This document shows positions 30,566 to 39,048 of a DNA stretch of 64,000 nt, piece by piece. Within the stretch, counting starts at the first letter, position 1; each line of letters opens with the position of its first letter. The translations under genes were made by a program, and so were the position numbers. The notes beneath the pieces were generated by a model that worked only from the letters and a program-made list of their open reading frames with translations, ran no database searches and was not told where the DNA came from. Location: NCBI GenBank assembly GCA_964475445.1, contig CAYYWU010000003.1:7269-71268 (forward strand). Reading direction: 5' to 3'. Origin of the DNA: an uncultured Candidatus Saccharibacteria bacterium. Its GTDB lineage: Bacteria; Patescibacteriota; Saccharimonadia; Saccharimonadales; Saccharimonadaceae.

Positions 30566-32716
30566 ATGGACTTGTCGGCACCAATTGAGGAAGTGAAGGG
30601 GGTGGGGCCAAAAACTGCAGCTGCCCTGAAACGTGTCAATCTGTGTACGGTTGGCGACTTGTTATACTGCTTGCCACGGATTTACGAAAATTATCAGACC
30701 ACAGTGAAAATTGAGGATTTGCGGCCCGGGAAAGTCGTGATTCGCGGTAAAATTAGCGATTTGCACGTGATTCGCACCAGCCGCAAGCGCCTGACGATCA
30801 CTCAGGGCGTGATTCGTGACGATACTGGCGCTATTCGCACGCTATGGTTTAATCAGCCTTATCGCGCCAAGCAGTTCGACGAAGACCGGGAGTATTATTT
30901 TACTGGTAAATATGAGCTGAAGAGCGGACGCTATCAGCTGTCTTCGCCTTCGGCCACTCTTGTGCAGGACGCTGCAACCGACACTAATGCGAGTTTTCAG
31001 CCGATTTATGCCGCAAAAAGCGCTATCAAGCCGCAAACCTTTCATAAGCTCATGGAGAGTTTACGACCAGACTTTGCTAAGATCCCGGATTTATTGCCTT
31101 TTACAGGCGGAAGACCAGAGTTTGTCAATCCGGGCGCGCGTGCGGAGGCACTATATAACTCACATTTTCCCGAAGAACCTGAAGATGCCGAAAAAGGGCG
31201 CGAGTATTTGGCTTATGAAGAACTATTTGAGCTGATTCTTGCGGCCAAGTTGAACAAGCAAGAAAACCAGCGTTTGCAATCCATTCCGCTACATTTTAAT
31301 GCTCGCTTGACGCAGATGCTGGTCAAACATTTGCCGTTTCAGCTCACAGGGGCACAGCGCCGCGCAACCTGGGAGATTCTTCAAGATCTCGAGCGCGGCA
31401 CGCCAATGAATCGACTTTTACAGGGGGATGTTGGATCCGGGAAAACAATTGTGGCGGCACTCGCGGCCGCTCAAGCAACTGCTAATGGTTATCAAACCGC
31501 AATTTTAGCGCCGACCGCTATTCTCGCAACGCAACACTTTGAAAGCCTAGGGAAGCTTTTTGCTGGATTGCAAGGTGCAATTTTAGCCGATTTGCGAGCG
31601 AAAAAAGCTCAAAAGTCGGTAAAAAATGGTCAAGCTGACACCAAAAATTCTAATAGCGCAAGCAAAACCACTTTTCGCATGCCTCGAATCGCTTTGCTTA
31701 CCGGCGCAACCAAAGGGAAACGCCAGCTCAAGCAGCTAATCCAAAACGGCGAGATTGACTTAGTGATTGGCACGCACGCGCTAATTACTGATGACACACA
31801 TTTTAAGTCACTCGCCTTTTGTGTAATCGATGAACAGCATCGGTTTGGTGTGGGCCAGCGCCAAAAACTGTTACTAAAATCTCCGAAGAACACCGCTCCG
31901 CATCTACTTTCGATGACCGCTACGCCAATTCCGCGCTCTTTGCAACTGACGATGTTTGGTGATCTTGACGTTTCCATCGTCAATGAGCTGCCACCTGGCA
32001 GGCAGCCAATCGTGACCAAAATCTTGAATGAAGTCGAACAACGTGATGAGTTATATCCGAAAATGCGCGAGTTGCTAGCAAAAAATCAACAAATTTACTG
32101 GATTTGTCAAGTTATTGAAGAGAAAAATGCCAACACTGCCACGCCAGTAAAGCAACAGGCGAAGAAGCTACAAGAACTTTTCCCTAAAGTCAAAGTTGAT
32201 GTTCTGCATGGCAAAATGAAACCTGACGAAAAGGACGCAGTGATGCAACGTTTTGCTGATAATAAGATTCAAATTCTGGTTTCTACCACCGTTGTCGAAG
32301 TTGGTGTCAACGTGCCGAATGCTAATATGATCGTGATTCAGGACGCCGAAGGCTATGGCTTGGCGCAGCTACATCAGTTGCGCGGACGTGTTGGTCGTGG
32401 TGACCAGCCGGCGAGCTGTTTTCTACTCACGACGGGCGAGGGTAAACCATCAAAACGTCTGCGCGAGATGGAAAAGTCAACCGATGGCTTTCGCCTCGCC
32501 GAGGTTGACCTGAAGATTCGCGGTCCGGGTGAGATTTATGGTGCGCAGCAACATGGTGAGTTGAACCTCCAAGTTGCAAACTTGACTGACACGGAACTTA
32601 TTGCCCAGGCAAACCATCATGCTGGCGAATTTGCCAAGAATCCCGAAAAACTGGCCGACTACCCGGAATTATCCACCCGGATTAAAAAATATCAACAGTT
32701 AACGACGCTAAATTAG
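30566..32716 (+). CDS. recG: ATP-dependent DNA helicase RecG
   Basis: RLLQGDVGSGKT, IDEQHRFG, MTATPIPRSL and QLHQLRGRVGRG motifs. Confidence 0.97.
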   Translation: MDLSAPIEEVKGVGPKTAAALKRVNLCTVGDLLYCLPRIYENYQTTVKIEDLRPGKVVIRGKISDLHVIRTSRKRLTITQGVIRDDTGAIRTLWFNQPYRAKQFDEDREYYFTGKYELKSGRYQLSSPSATLVQDAATDTNASFQPIYAAKSAIKPQTFHKLMESLRPDFAKIPDLLPFTGGRPEFVNPGARAEALYNSHFPEEPEDAEKGREYLAYEELFELILAAKLNKQENQRLQSIPLHFNARLTQMLVKHLPFQLTGAQRRATWEILQDLERGTPMNRLLQGDVGSGKTIVAALAAAQATANGYQTAILAPTAILATQHFESLGKLFAGLQGAILADLRAKKAQKSVKNGQADTKNSNSASKTTFRMPRIALLTGATKGKRQLKQLIQNGEIDLVIGTHALITDDTHFKSLAFCVIDEQHRFGVGQRQKLLLKSPKNTAPHLLSMTATPIPRSLQLTMFGDLDVSIVNELPPGRQPIVTKILNEVEQRDELYPKMRELLAKNQQIYWICQVIEEKNANTATPVKQQAKKLQELFPKVKVDVLHGKMKPDEKDAVMQRFADNKIQILVSTTVVEVGVNVPNANMIVIQDAEGYGLAQLHQLRGRVGRGDQPASCFLLTTGEGKPSKRLREMEKSTDGFRLAEVDLKIRGPGEIYGAQQHGELNLQVANLTDTELIAQANHHAGEFAKNPEKLADYPELSTRIKKYQQLTTLN

Positions 32717-32737
32717 TGCTATAATAATAAAGTATTT

Positions 32738-33586
32738 ATGTATGCTACCACTACGATGGTGAAAAATCCCAAGTTTTCCGGTAAACATATGGGAACTCAC
32801 CAACAACTTGACCAGGCTGCGCGCAAAATCCTGACGCGCCATCTTAAGGGGCGTTATTTTCCGACCAGCAAGGAGATTCTTTATTTCGAAGGTATGCGTG
32901 GCCCGGATGGTCTCAAGCGCAAGAGTCCCGATCACGATGATCCTTCCCATATGCTCGACGATGCTGAGCACCAGCTTTTTGGGCAGATTATGGATCATCA
33001 TTATAATCTTGTGCAGGCACTCAAGCAACGCAATGATGTGCGGGCGGCTTTTGAAGCCGCCTGGATGGCGCACAAGCTGACGGATGGTTTGACGCCAGCG
33101 CACCATTTTCCGCTATCGGAAGCTAAAGAGGAACTGATGTCTAATAAAGAGTTTATCAAGATCTTTGGCGAACCGGTCAAGGGAATTATGCATGGGCGTA
33201 ATGCCCTGGAAACTGCACGCAATAACTGGCTTTATTGGGGGGCTGGTGGGTATATGTCGAAGCATGTTGCTTACGAATACGGCGTGGCAATTATTGCTGC
33301 CGCCCTCCCCGAACGCTCTTTAACACCGCGTGTTGGCCGTTCGGAGTTCCAGTATGTTGACCCCAAGAAAGTTTTTTACGAAGCGCTGGCTAAAATCCAG
33401 GATGCAAAAATGTATGACCGCTTTCGCAAGGATGGCTGGACGACGGATTTGGCGCTAGATACGAAGAATTTACTCTTGCCAGAAATTGTGCGCACAATTG
33501 CGCTAGTGTGGTATTCGGCGGTCGAAGAAGCCTCAAGTCAAAAAGCTAAAACTCCGCGCCAGAAAGCGCAGGATAGCCATGCCTAA
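32738..33586 (+). CDS. Conserved hypothetical protein, possibly Zn-dependent phospholipase C/P1-nuclease-like
   Basis: THQQLD and WMAHKLTDGLTPAHH His/Asp pattern; family tentative. Confidence 0.45.
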   Translation: MYATTTMVKNPKFSGKHMGTHQQLDQAARKILTRHLKGRYFPTSKEILYFEGMRGPDGLKRKSPDHDDPSHMLDDAEHQLFGQIMDHHYNLVQALKQRNDVRAAFEAAWMAHKLTDGLTPAHHFPLSEAKEELMSNKEFIKIFGEPVKGIMHGRNALETARNNWLYWGAGGYMSKHVAYEYGVAIIAAALPERSLTPRVGRSEFQYVDPKKVFYEALAKIQDAKMYDRFRKDGWTTDLALDTKNLLLPEIVRTIALVWYSAVEEASSQKAKTPRQKAQDSHA

Positions 33587-34142
33587 AGCGAGAAACATGC
33601 AAATTATCGCTGGAAAATATAAAGGTTGCAAGTTGCTGTCTCCTGAGAACACGGCAACGCATCCTATGGGTTCACGAGAAAAGCTAGCCCTGATGAACAT
33701 GCTACAGCCCTATCTTAAAAATGCGACCGTGCTCGATGCATATGCTGGGACGGGGGCCTTAGGTCTTGAGGCGCTGAGTCGTGGGGCTAGGGAGGCAGTG
33801 TTCGTTGAGTCTAATAGCAAAGTTGCTCGAACTTTAAATGATAATCTTGATAATGTGTTGGGAAGTGAGTTTACTCTTGCGACGATTTGTATTTACCCAG
33901 TACAAGAATTTACACAAATATCAACTTATCATAACTATTTTAATATTATCATTGCTGATCCGCCCTATAATCGTTTCGAGTCTACGGAAATTGTCAAGTT
34001 GGCGGAATGCTTAGATGCTAACGGTATTTTAGCGCTGTCCTACCCGGCAAAATTGGACGTTCCGATGTTAGACGGGCTAGAGTTGATCACTAACCGGCAA
34101 TATGCAGCTGCAGGAATTGCAATTTATCGTAAAACTCGCTAA
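33579..34142 (+). CDS. rsmD: 16S rRNA m2G966 methyltransferase
   Basis: IIAGKYKG, LDAYAGTGALGLEALSRGA and ADPPY motifs. Confidence 0.88.
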   Translation: MPKARNMQIIAGKYKGCKLLSPENTATHPMGSREKLALMNMLQPYLKNATVLDAYAGTGALGLEALSRGAREAVFVESNSKVARTLNDNLDNVLGSEFTLATICIYPVQEFTQISTYHNYFNIIIADPPYNRFESTEIVKLAECLDANGILALSYPAKLDVPMLDGLELITNRQYAAAGIAIYRKTR

Positions 34143-34186
34143 CTTCGCCTAGCCGATACCGGAAAAATGTGCTAAAATAAAAATAT

Positions 34187-34271
34187 GCCCGTGTGGTGAA
34201 ATTGGTATACACGTATGCCTTAGGAGCATATGCCGCAAGGTGTGCTGGTTCAAGTCCAGTCGCGGGCACCA
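34187..34271 (+). tRNA. tRNA-Leu(TAG)
   Basis: Cloverleaf with long variable arm; TATGC-CT-TAG-GA-GCATA anticodon arm; GGTTCAAGT T-loop; 3' CCA. Confidence 0.96.
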
Positions 34272-34337
34272 TTGACAACTCAACATAACATGATATAAAA
34301 TATGGAAGGTTAAGTTTCGCTGCATAACAGCGGATTT

Positions 34338-34549
34338 TTTGTGCGCAGCGGGTATGTAGGGTTAGATATGGGCAGAATGCGTATGGCGGGGTTCCGTGGC
34401 GTATGGCGGTCAATGACTTCTAGCACAAGTGGACGTGCCCATAATCTTAATATTGAAAATACTGATGTTGATCCATCATACGACACGTCTTATAGCTTGC
34501 ACCATGGTCTCTCCCTCCGCTGCCTGGCAGACTAGTTATATATAGTGAG
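34338..34549 (+). pseudogene. Silent variable cassette B (divergent interior)
   Basis: FVRSG...LSLRCLAD*; short 5' arm, long 3' arm GACTAGTTATATATAGTGAG. Confidence 0.78.
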
Positions 34550-34556
34550 AAAAGCC

Positions 34557-34677
34557 AAAGTAAGCCTAAACCTAACCTGCAGGGACGCGTCGCTCACTCC
34601 CGTCTTCACGGGGTTCGCGCGCTGCATGCTCGCTAGCAAGCTCCGCACCCCCTGCAGGTTAGGTTTAGGCTTACTTT
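34557..34677 (+). repeat. 121-bp long-stem hairpin element 1
   Basis: Perfect 28-bp inverted repeat (34557-34584 / 34650-34677) enclosing a 65-nt GC-rich loop. Confidence 0.9.
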
Positions 34678-34685
34678 AGTTCTTC

Positions 34686-34930
34686 TTATTCATAAAGTTC
34701 AAGGCAGCGGAGGGGGTAACCGCCCCAGCGAGCGGCGTTGTTGTTCGACGGGTTGACATCAGCATTGAAGCTGAGGTTGGACGCGCGGGCATCAGTAACA
34801 GAGGTATAATAGCTCGCTGTGAGTGACCACCAGGAGCCGTTCAGGCCAGAGTACCTCAAGCGTCCGTTATTGATATGGACGTACCCGCTGCGCACAAAGT
34901 ATAATGGAGCTTTAGCTATATTGTTAGCCT
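34686..34930 (-). pseudogene. Silent variable cassette C
   Basis: NIAKAPLYFVRSG...PSNNNAARWGGYPLRCL; long 5' arm, short 3' arm. Confidence 0.8.
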
Positions 34931-34935
34931 TTTAT

Positions 34936-34978
34936 GTCAAGCACAAGAGAAAAGAAAACATAAACACTTGTGCTTGAC
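34936..34978. repeat. 12-bp inverted repeat with a 19-nt spacer
   Basis: GTCAAGCACAAG (34936-34947) / CTTGTGCTTGAC (34967-34978). Confidence 0.8.
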
Positions 34979-35003
34979 TATAATAATGCTAATAAGGTTG
35001 TAG

Positions 35004-35124
35004 GAATAATAAGAAGAGCCCTTGCTAGACAATCCGCAGCGCCACGAGCGAGGGATAGGCGCGGCTCACCCGCGACGGCGGGCTGAGACGACGCCGTGTC
35101 TAGCAAGGACGCTTCTTATTATTC
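35004..35124 (-). repeat. 121-bp long-stem hairpin element 2
   Basis: 27-bp inverted repeat with 2 mismatches (35004-35030 / 35098-35124); 67-nt loop homologous to the element 1 loop when read on the minus strand. Confidence 0.88.
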
Positions 35125-35131
35125 TTGCATC

Positions 35132-35355
35132 CTCACTATATATAACTAGTCTGCCAGGCAGCGGAGGGGGAAAGCGTACCAACGATCGCCCGGGCCGCTC
35201 GACGGGTAGACGTCATCAGCATTGAAGGCGAGGTAGTACGCAGTAGCAGTAGTAGCATTAGTATAAACTGCGGCGGTAGACGGCCAGCCGTAGCCGTAGA
35301 TGTCTGCGTACCTCAAGCGGCCGTAGTAGATATCGATATTCCCGCTGCGCACAAA
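35132..35355 (-). pseudogene. Silent variable cassette D
   Basis: FVRSG...RWYAFPLRCLAD*; short 5' arm, long 3' arm. Confidence 0.8.
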
Positions 35356-35396
35356 CCCTAAAAACCTATGTTATAATAAAAGTATCAAGGAGGTTT

Positions 35397-36362
35397 ATGA
35401 CAATTACGCGCGAAGAGTTCACGCTAAAGAGCGCCCACGATGGGCTGAGGTTAGGAGTTAGTCTCCGTTTCCCGGAAAATCCCCGAGGGATTTTGCAACT
35501 CGTACATGGTATGGCCGAACATCGAGAGCGCTATCATGATTTCATGGATTTTTGTGCTCAACATGGGCTGGTCGTAATCATTCACGATCATCGCGGGCAC
35601 GGCGCCAGTGTTAAATCTCCGGAAGATTACGGCTATTTTTATCAAGATGGCGCAACTGGAATTATCGCCGATGTACACCAAATGACGCAGTACGTACGCG
35701 AACGTTTTCCGGGTTTGCCGCTTACGCTCTTTGGTCATAGCATGGGATCACTCACTGTGCGTGCTTACATGCGTCAGTATGATGCGGACGTTAATGGACT
35801 TATTGTCTGTGGCTCACCAAGTAAACGGGTGGGAGCGCGCACCGGGCTGGCAATTGTCAAACTACTCAAATTGCTTCGTGGCGAGCGTCATCGTAGCGAG
35901 CTAGTCAACTCCCTCGCTTTCGGTGGCTATAATCAGAAATCCGCCAAGCTTGCGCGCCAGAATGGCAACACTGAGGCGGCCAGCACCTATACTCGTGAAA
36001 ATTCGTGGGTGGTCAGCGATCCGGCGGTTGTCGAAGCCTATGACGCCGATCCGCGTGATGGTTTTCGGTTTACTTTGAATGGTTTTGAAGTGCTGTTTAC
36101 GCTAGTAACGCAAGCTTATAACAAAACTGGCTGGAAGATGGCTAATCCTAATGTGCCAATCTTCTTTATTTCCGGTGCTGATGACCCGTGTTTGATTAGT
36201 CATAAAGATTTCTATAAAGCAGTTAACTTCATGCGTCAACGTGGCTATCGCAATGTCTCTAGCAAACTTTATCCGAAAATGCGCCACGAGATTCTCAACG
36301 AGATCGGCAAGGCTGAAGTTTGGCATGATATTATCAAGTGGATTAACCAGGAAGTAGGCTAA
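35397..36362 (+). CDS. Alpha/beta hydrolase (lysophospholipase-like)
   Basis: HGMAEH, DHRGHG, GHSMG nucleophile elbow and RHEILNE motifs. Confidence 0.92.
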   Translation: MTITREEFTLKSAHDGLRLGVSLRFPENPRGILQLVHGMAEHRERYHDFMDFCAQHGLVVIIHDHRGHGASVKSPEDYGYFYQDGATGIIADVHQMTQYVRERFPGLPLTLFGHSMGSLTVRAYMRQYDADVNGLIVCGSPSKRVGARTGLAIVKLLKLLRGERHRSELVNSLAFGGYNQKSAKLARQNGNTEAASTYTRENSWVVSDPAVVEAYDADPRDGFRFTLNGFEVLFTLVTQAYNKTGWKMANPNVPIFFISGADDPCLISHKDFYKAVNFMRQRGYRNVSSKLYPKMRHEILNEIGKAEVWHDIIKWINQEVG

Positions 36363-38903
36363 ATGGCGTTTTATTATAATCAGACCGTCAAGGATACGCT
36401 CGCGGACCTTAAAGTTGACCCAGATCAGGGTTTAAGCTCTCGAGAGGTCGCCAAACGCCAGGAAGCCTATGGCAGGAACCTACTCAAAGTCAAAGAAACC
36501 CCTCTTTGGAAAAAGTTACTTGAGCCGTTTGCTGATATCTTTATGCTCATCTTGGTGGCAGCGCTGATTTTGTCGGCTGTGCAACAAGATTGGATTGAGG
36601 TGGTAGCAATTGCAGTGATTATTCTGGCTGATGCGATTATCTATTATATTCAGCGCTTTTCAACCGACAAGATTTTGCAGTCGCTCAAAGAAAGTACTCG
36701 TCAGACGATTGCAGTTGTGCGCGACGGTAATGAGAGGGCAATAGAATCTGATGAGCTAGTCCCCGGAGATATTGTGATTTTGCGCGAAGGCGATCGTATC
36801 CCGGCCGATGGGCGGATCATTAGCGAAACTGGTCTTTTGTCTGACGAAGCCATGCTGACTGGCGAGTCCGAAGCTATTGCTAAAGATGCTAAGGCGATTT
36901 CTGGAGTAAAAAAGGTCTACGAGCAACGTAACATGGTGTTTTCAGGAGCTTTTGTTCTAACGGGCAGTGGTAAGTTTGTTGTTGCTGCGACTGGCAACCA
37001 AACTGAGTATGGTCGCATTGCTTCCTTGGCTTCGTCAGTTGAAGAAAGCAGCCCGATTTCCGAAAAAATCAACAAATTAGTCATCAAGATTGCAATTGCG
37101 GTTCTGGTCTTGGCTGTAGTAGTATTGATTGTGCAGTTGATTGATGGAATCGATATTTTGAATGCGCTTAAGTTTACTCTTGCCATGATTGTCTCTGCTG
37201 TGCCCGAAGGTTTACCGATTGCGATTTCGATTGTGCTAGCATTATGTGCAAAGCGTATGGCGCGCAAACAGGCATTGATTAAAGAATTGAAAGCTATTGA
37301 GTCGATCGGCATCGTGACAACAATCGCCAGCGACAAAACTGGTACTTTGACCGAGAACCGCTTAGAGCTTCGAGAATTATGGGGTCTAGAACCGAGAACG
37401 GAACTCCTGAAGTTACTTGCGCATAGCGCTCTGCTAGAATCGGCTTCAATTGATGAGGAAGATAATGCTAATCTAACGGCTGTTGATCCACTTGATGCTT
37501 GTATCTGGGAATATCTAGATAGTCAAAAAACTGTTCCAGCACAGGCTGAACCGCTACGTTTCTATGCTTTTGACCAAAAAATTAAAATGTCTGGTAACCT
37601 TTATCGTGGAAAGCAGGGTGAACTACTACTATCTCTGAAAGGTGCGCCAGAAACAATTATTGCCCGTTCCAACTTGTCGGAGAAAGAACGCACGCTAGTC
37701 GAGGCAAAGCTCAATGAACTGGCCAGTCACGGCTATAAAGTCGTTGCGCTCGCTTCGGCTGAGATCAAGCGCGAAATTAACGAACTTGGGCGCCTGGAGA
37801 AATCCGATAAGCTGAAGTTCGCCGGATTTATTGCCATTGCCGATGCAATTCGCCCGGAAGCGGTGCGCGCCATTAAGCAGACTGCCCGGATGGGGGTGAA
37901 GACGAAGATGGTAACTGGTGACCATGCTGGCACGGCTTACGCCATTGGCCGCGAACTTGGCCTCGCCAAAGATTTTTCGGAAGTTCTAGATTGTTCAAAG
38001 CTTGGCAATATTAACGACAATGACCTTGAAGAGCTAGTTAAGACTACGACTGTCTTCGCGCGGGTAACGCCAGAAGATAAGTTTCGCATTTTGCAAGCTA
38101 TCAAGAAGACCGAAATCTGCGCCATGACTGGTGATGGCGTCAACGATGTTCCAGCGCTGGTTGGCGCTCACGTGGGCATTGCTATGGGTGACTCGCCGAG
38201 CATTGTTCAGGATGCTGGCGACATTGTACTACTCAATAATAATTTCAAAAACATCACCGAAGCGATCAAAGAAAGCCGCACGGTTTTGGCTAATATCCGT
38301 CGTATGCTGGGATATCTGCTCGCTACCAATGCTGGTGAAGCGTTGACGATGATTGGCGCGCTCCTCTTTTTTGGCGATCAAATGCTGACGCCAATTCAAA
38401 TTCTCTGGGTGAACTTGGTAACTGATTCGCTGCTTGTAATTCCGCTCGGACTCGAACCGCCAGAGCCGCAAATTTTACGCGAAAAACCTGAGCATAAGGA
38501 CGCGGCGATTTTGCCCGCCAAGATGATTGTGCGCATGATAATCCTGGCGGCTCTAATGGCTGGCGTGACATTAGTCACTTACTTCGTCGCCAAAGTCACC
38601 TTAGAGTCGGCGGCGCAAGCCAATACTTTAGCTTTCACAGCGCTAGTGGTTATGCAGTGGAGCGGTGCGCTGGCAGCGCGGGGAACTTATGAAAATGTCT
38701 GGCGGCGCCTCAAAGTGCGACATCATGGATTTTTCTGGGCACTGATCGTGGCGATATTACTGCAAGTTTCGGCTTTGTTTGGCCCGCTGGCGCCGGTGAT
38801 TGATACGGTGGCCGTTCCTGCTGGGGCACTAGCATTAACCGCCATCGTGGCGTTTGTTTTGCCGCTAGCGGTCATGGAAATTTATAAGAAGCTAACCGCT
38901 TAA
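36363..38903 (+). CDS. Cation-transporting P-type ATPase (Ca2+-type)
   Basis: LTGES, VPEGLP, DKTGTLT, KGAPE and TGDGVND motifs. Confidence 0.95.
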   Translation: MAFYYNQTVKDTLADLKVDPDQGLSSREVAKRQEAYGRNLLKVKETPLWKKLLEPFADIFMLILVAALILSAVQQDWIEVVAIAVIILADAIIYYIQRFSTDKILQSLKESTRQTIAVVRDGNERAIESDELVPGDIVILREGDRIPADGRIISETGLLSDEAMLTGESEAIAKDAKAISGVKKVYEQRNMVFSGAFVLTGSGKFVVAATGNQTEYGRIASLASSVEESSPISEKINKLVIKIAIAVLVLAVVVLIVQLIDGIDILNALKFTLAMIVSAVPEGLPIAISIVLALCAKRMARKQALIKELKAIESIGIVTTIASDKTGTLTENRLELRELWGLEPRTELLKLLAHSALLESASIDEEDNANLTAVDPLDACIWEYLDSQKTVPAQAEPLRFYAFDQKIKMSGNLYRGKQGELLLSLKGAPETIIARSNLSEKERTLVEAKLNELASHGYKVVALASAEIKREINELGRLEKSDKLKFAGFIAIADAIRPEAVRAIKQTARMGVKTKMVTGDHAGTAYAIGRELGLAKDFSEVLDCSKLGNINDNDLEELVKTTTVFARVTPEDKFRILQAIKKTEICAMTGDGVNDVPALVGAHVGIAMGDSPSIVQDAGDIVLLNNNFKNITEAIKESRTVLANIRRMLGYLLATNAGEALTMIGALLFFGDQMLTPIQILWVNLVTDSLLVIPLGLEPPEPQILREKPEHKDAAILPAKMIVRMIILAALMAGVTLVTYFVAKVTLESAAQANTLAFTALVVMQWSGALAARGTYENVWRRLKVRHHGFFWALIVAILLQVSALFGPLAPVIDTVAVPAGALALTAIVAFVLPLAVMEIYKKLTA

Positions 38904-38934
38904 GGTTGTTGTAATTAATACAACACTTTTTATG

Positions 38935-38987
38935 TTGACACGCTATATATAGTGTCTTAAAATAGACATAGACACTAAATGTAGGGT
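38935..38987 (+). promoter_or_regulatory. nrdD promoter with tandem NrdR boxes
   Basis: TTGACA(38935)-17-TAAAAT(38958); boxes ACGCTATATATAGTGT (38940-38955) and ACACTAAATGTAGGGT (38972-38987), 32 bp apart. Confidence 0.8.
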
Positions 38988-39048
38988 CTAAGAACTCAAA
39001 GAACACAAAAATTAACTTAAGAACATAGTAAGAGGAGGTATATTTTTT

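Noticed and set aside
30545-30639. N-terminal extension of ORF 30301-30639
   Set aside because: It is antisense to the recG start and promoter; only the part from GYNIAK onward matches the other cassettes.
34341-34352. Cassettes start with GTGCG, like group II intron 5' ends
   Set aside because: It is the Val-Arg codon pair of a conserved protein motif; no domain V or intron-sized structure follows.
34531-34549. Cassette 3' arm resembles half of an NrdR box (TATATATAGTG)
   Set aside because: The left half does not match, there is no tandem partner, and it lies downstream of stop codons.
34686-34930. Cassette C as the DGR template repeat (it has the most AAC codons)
   Set aside because: At several variable columns C has non-A bases (e.g. 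TAC where A has AGC and E has GAC), which a template could not generate; no RT is adjacent.
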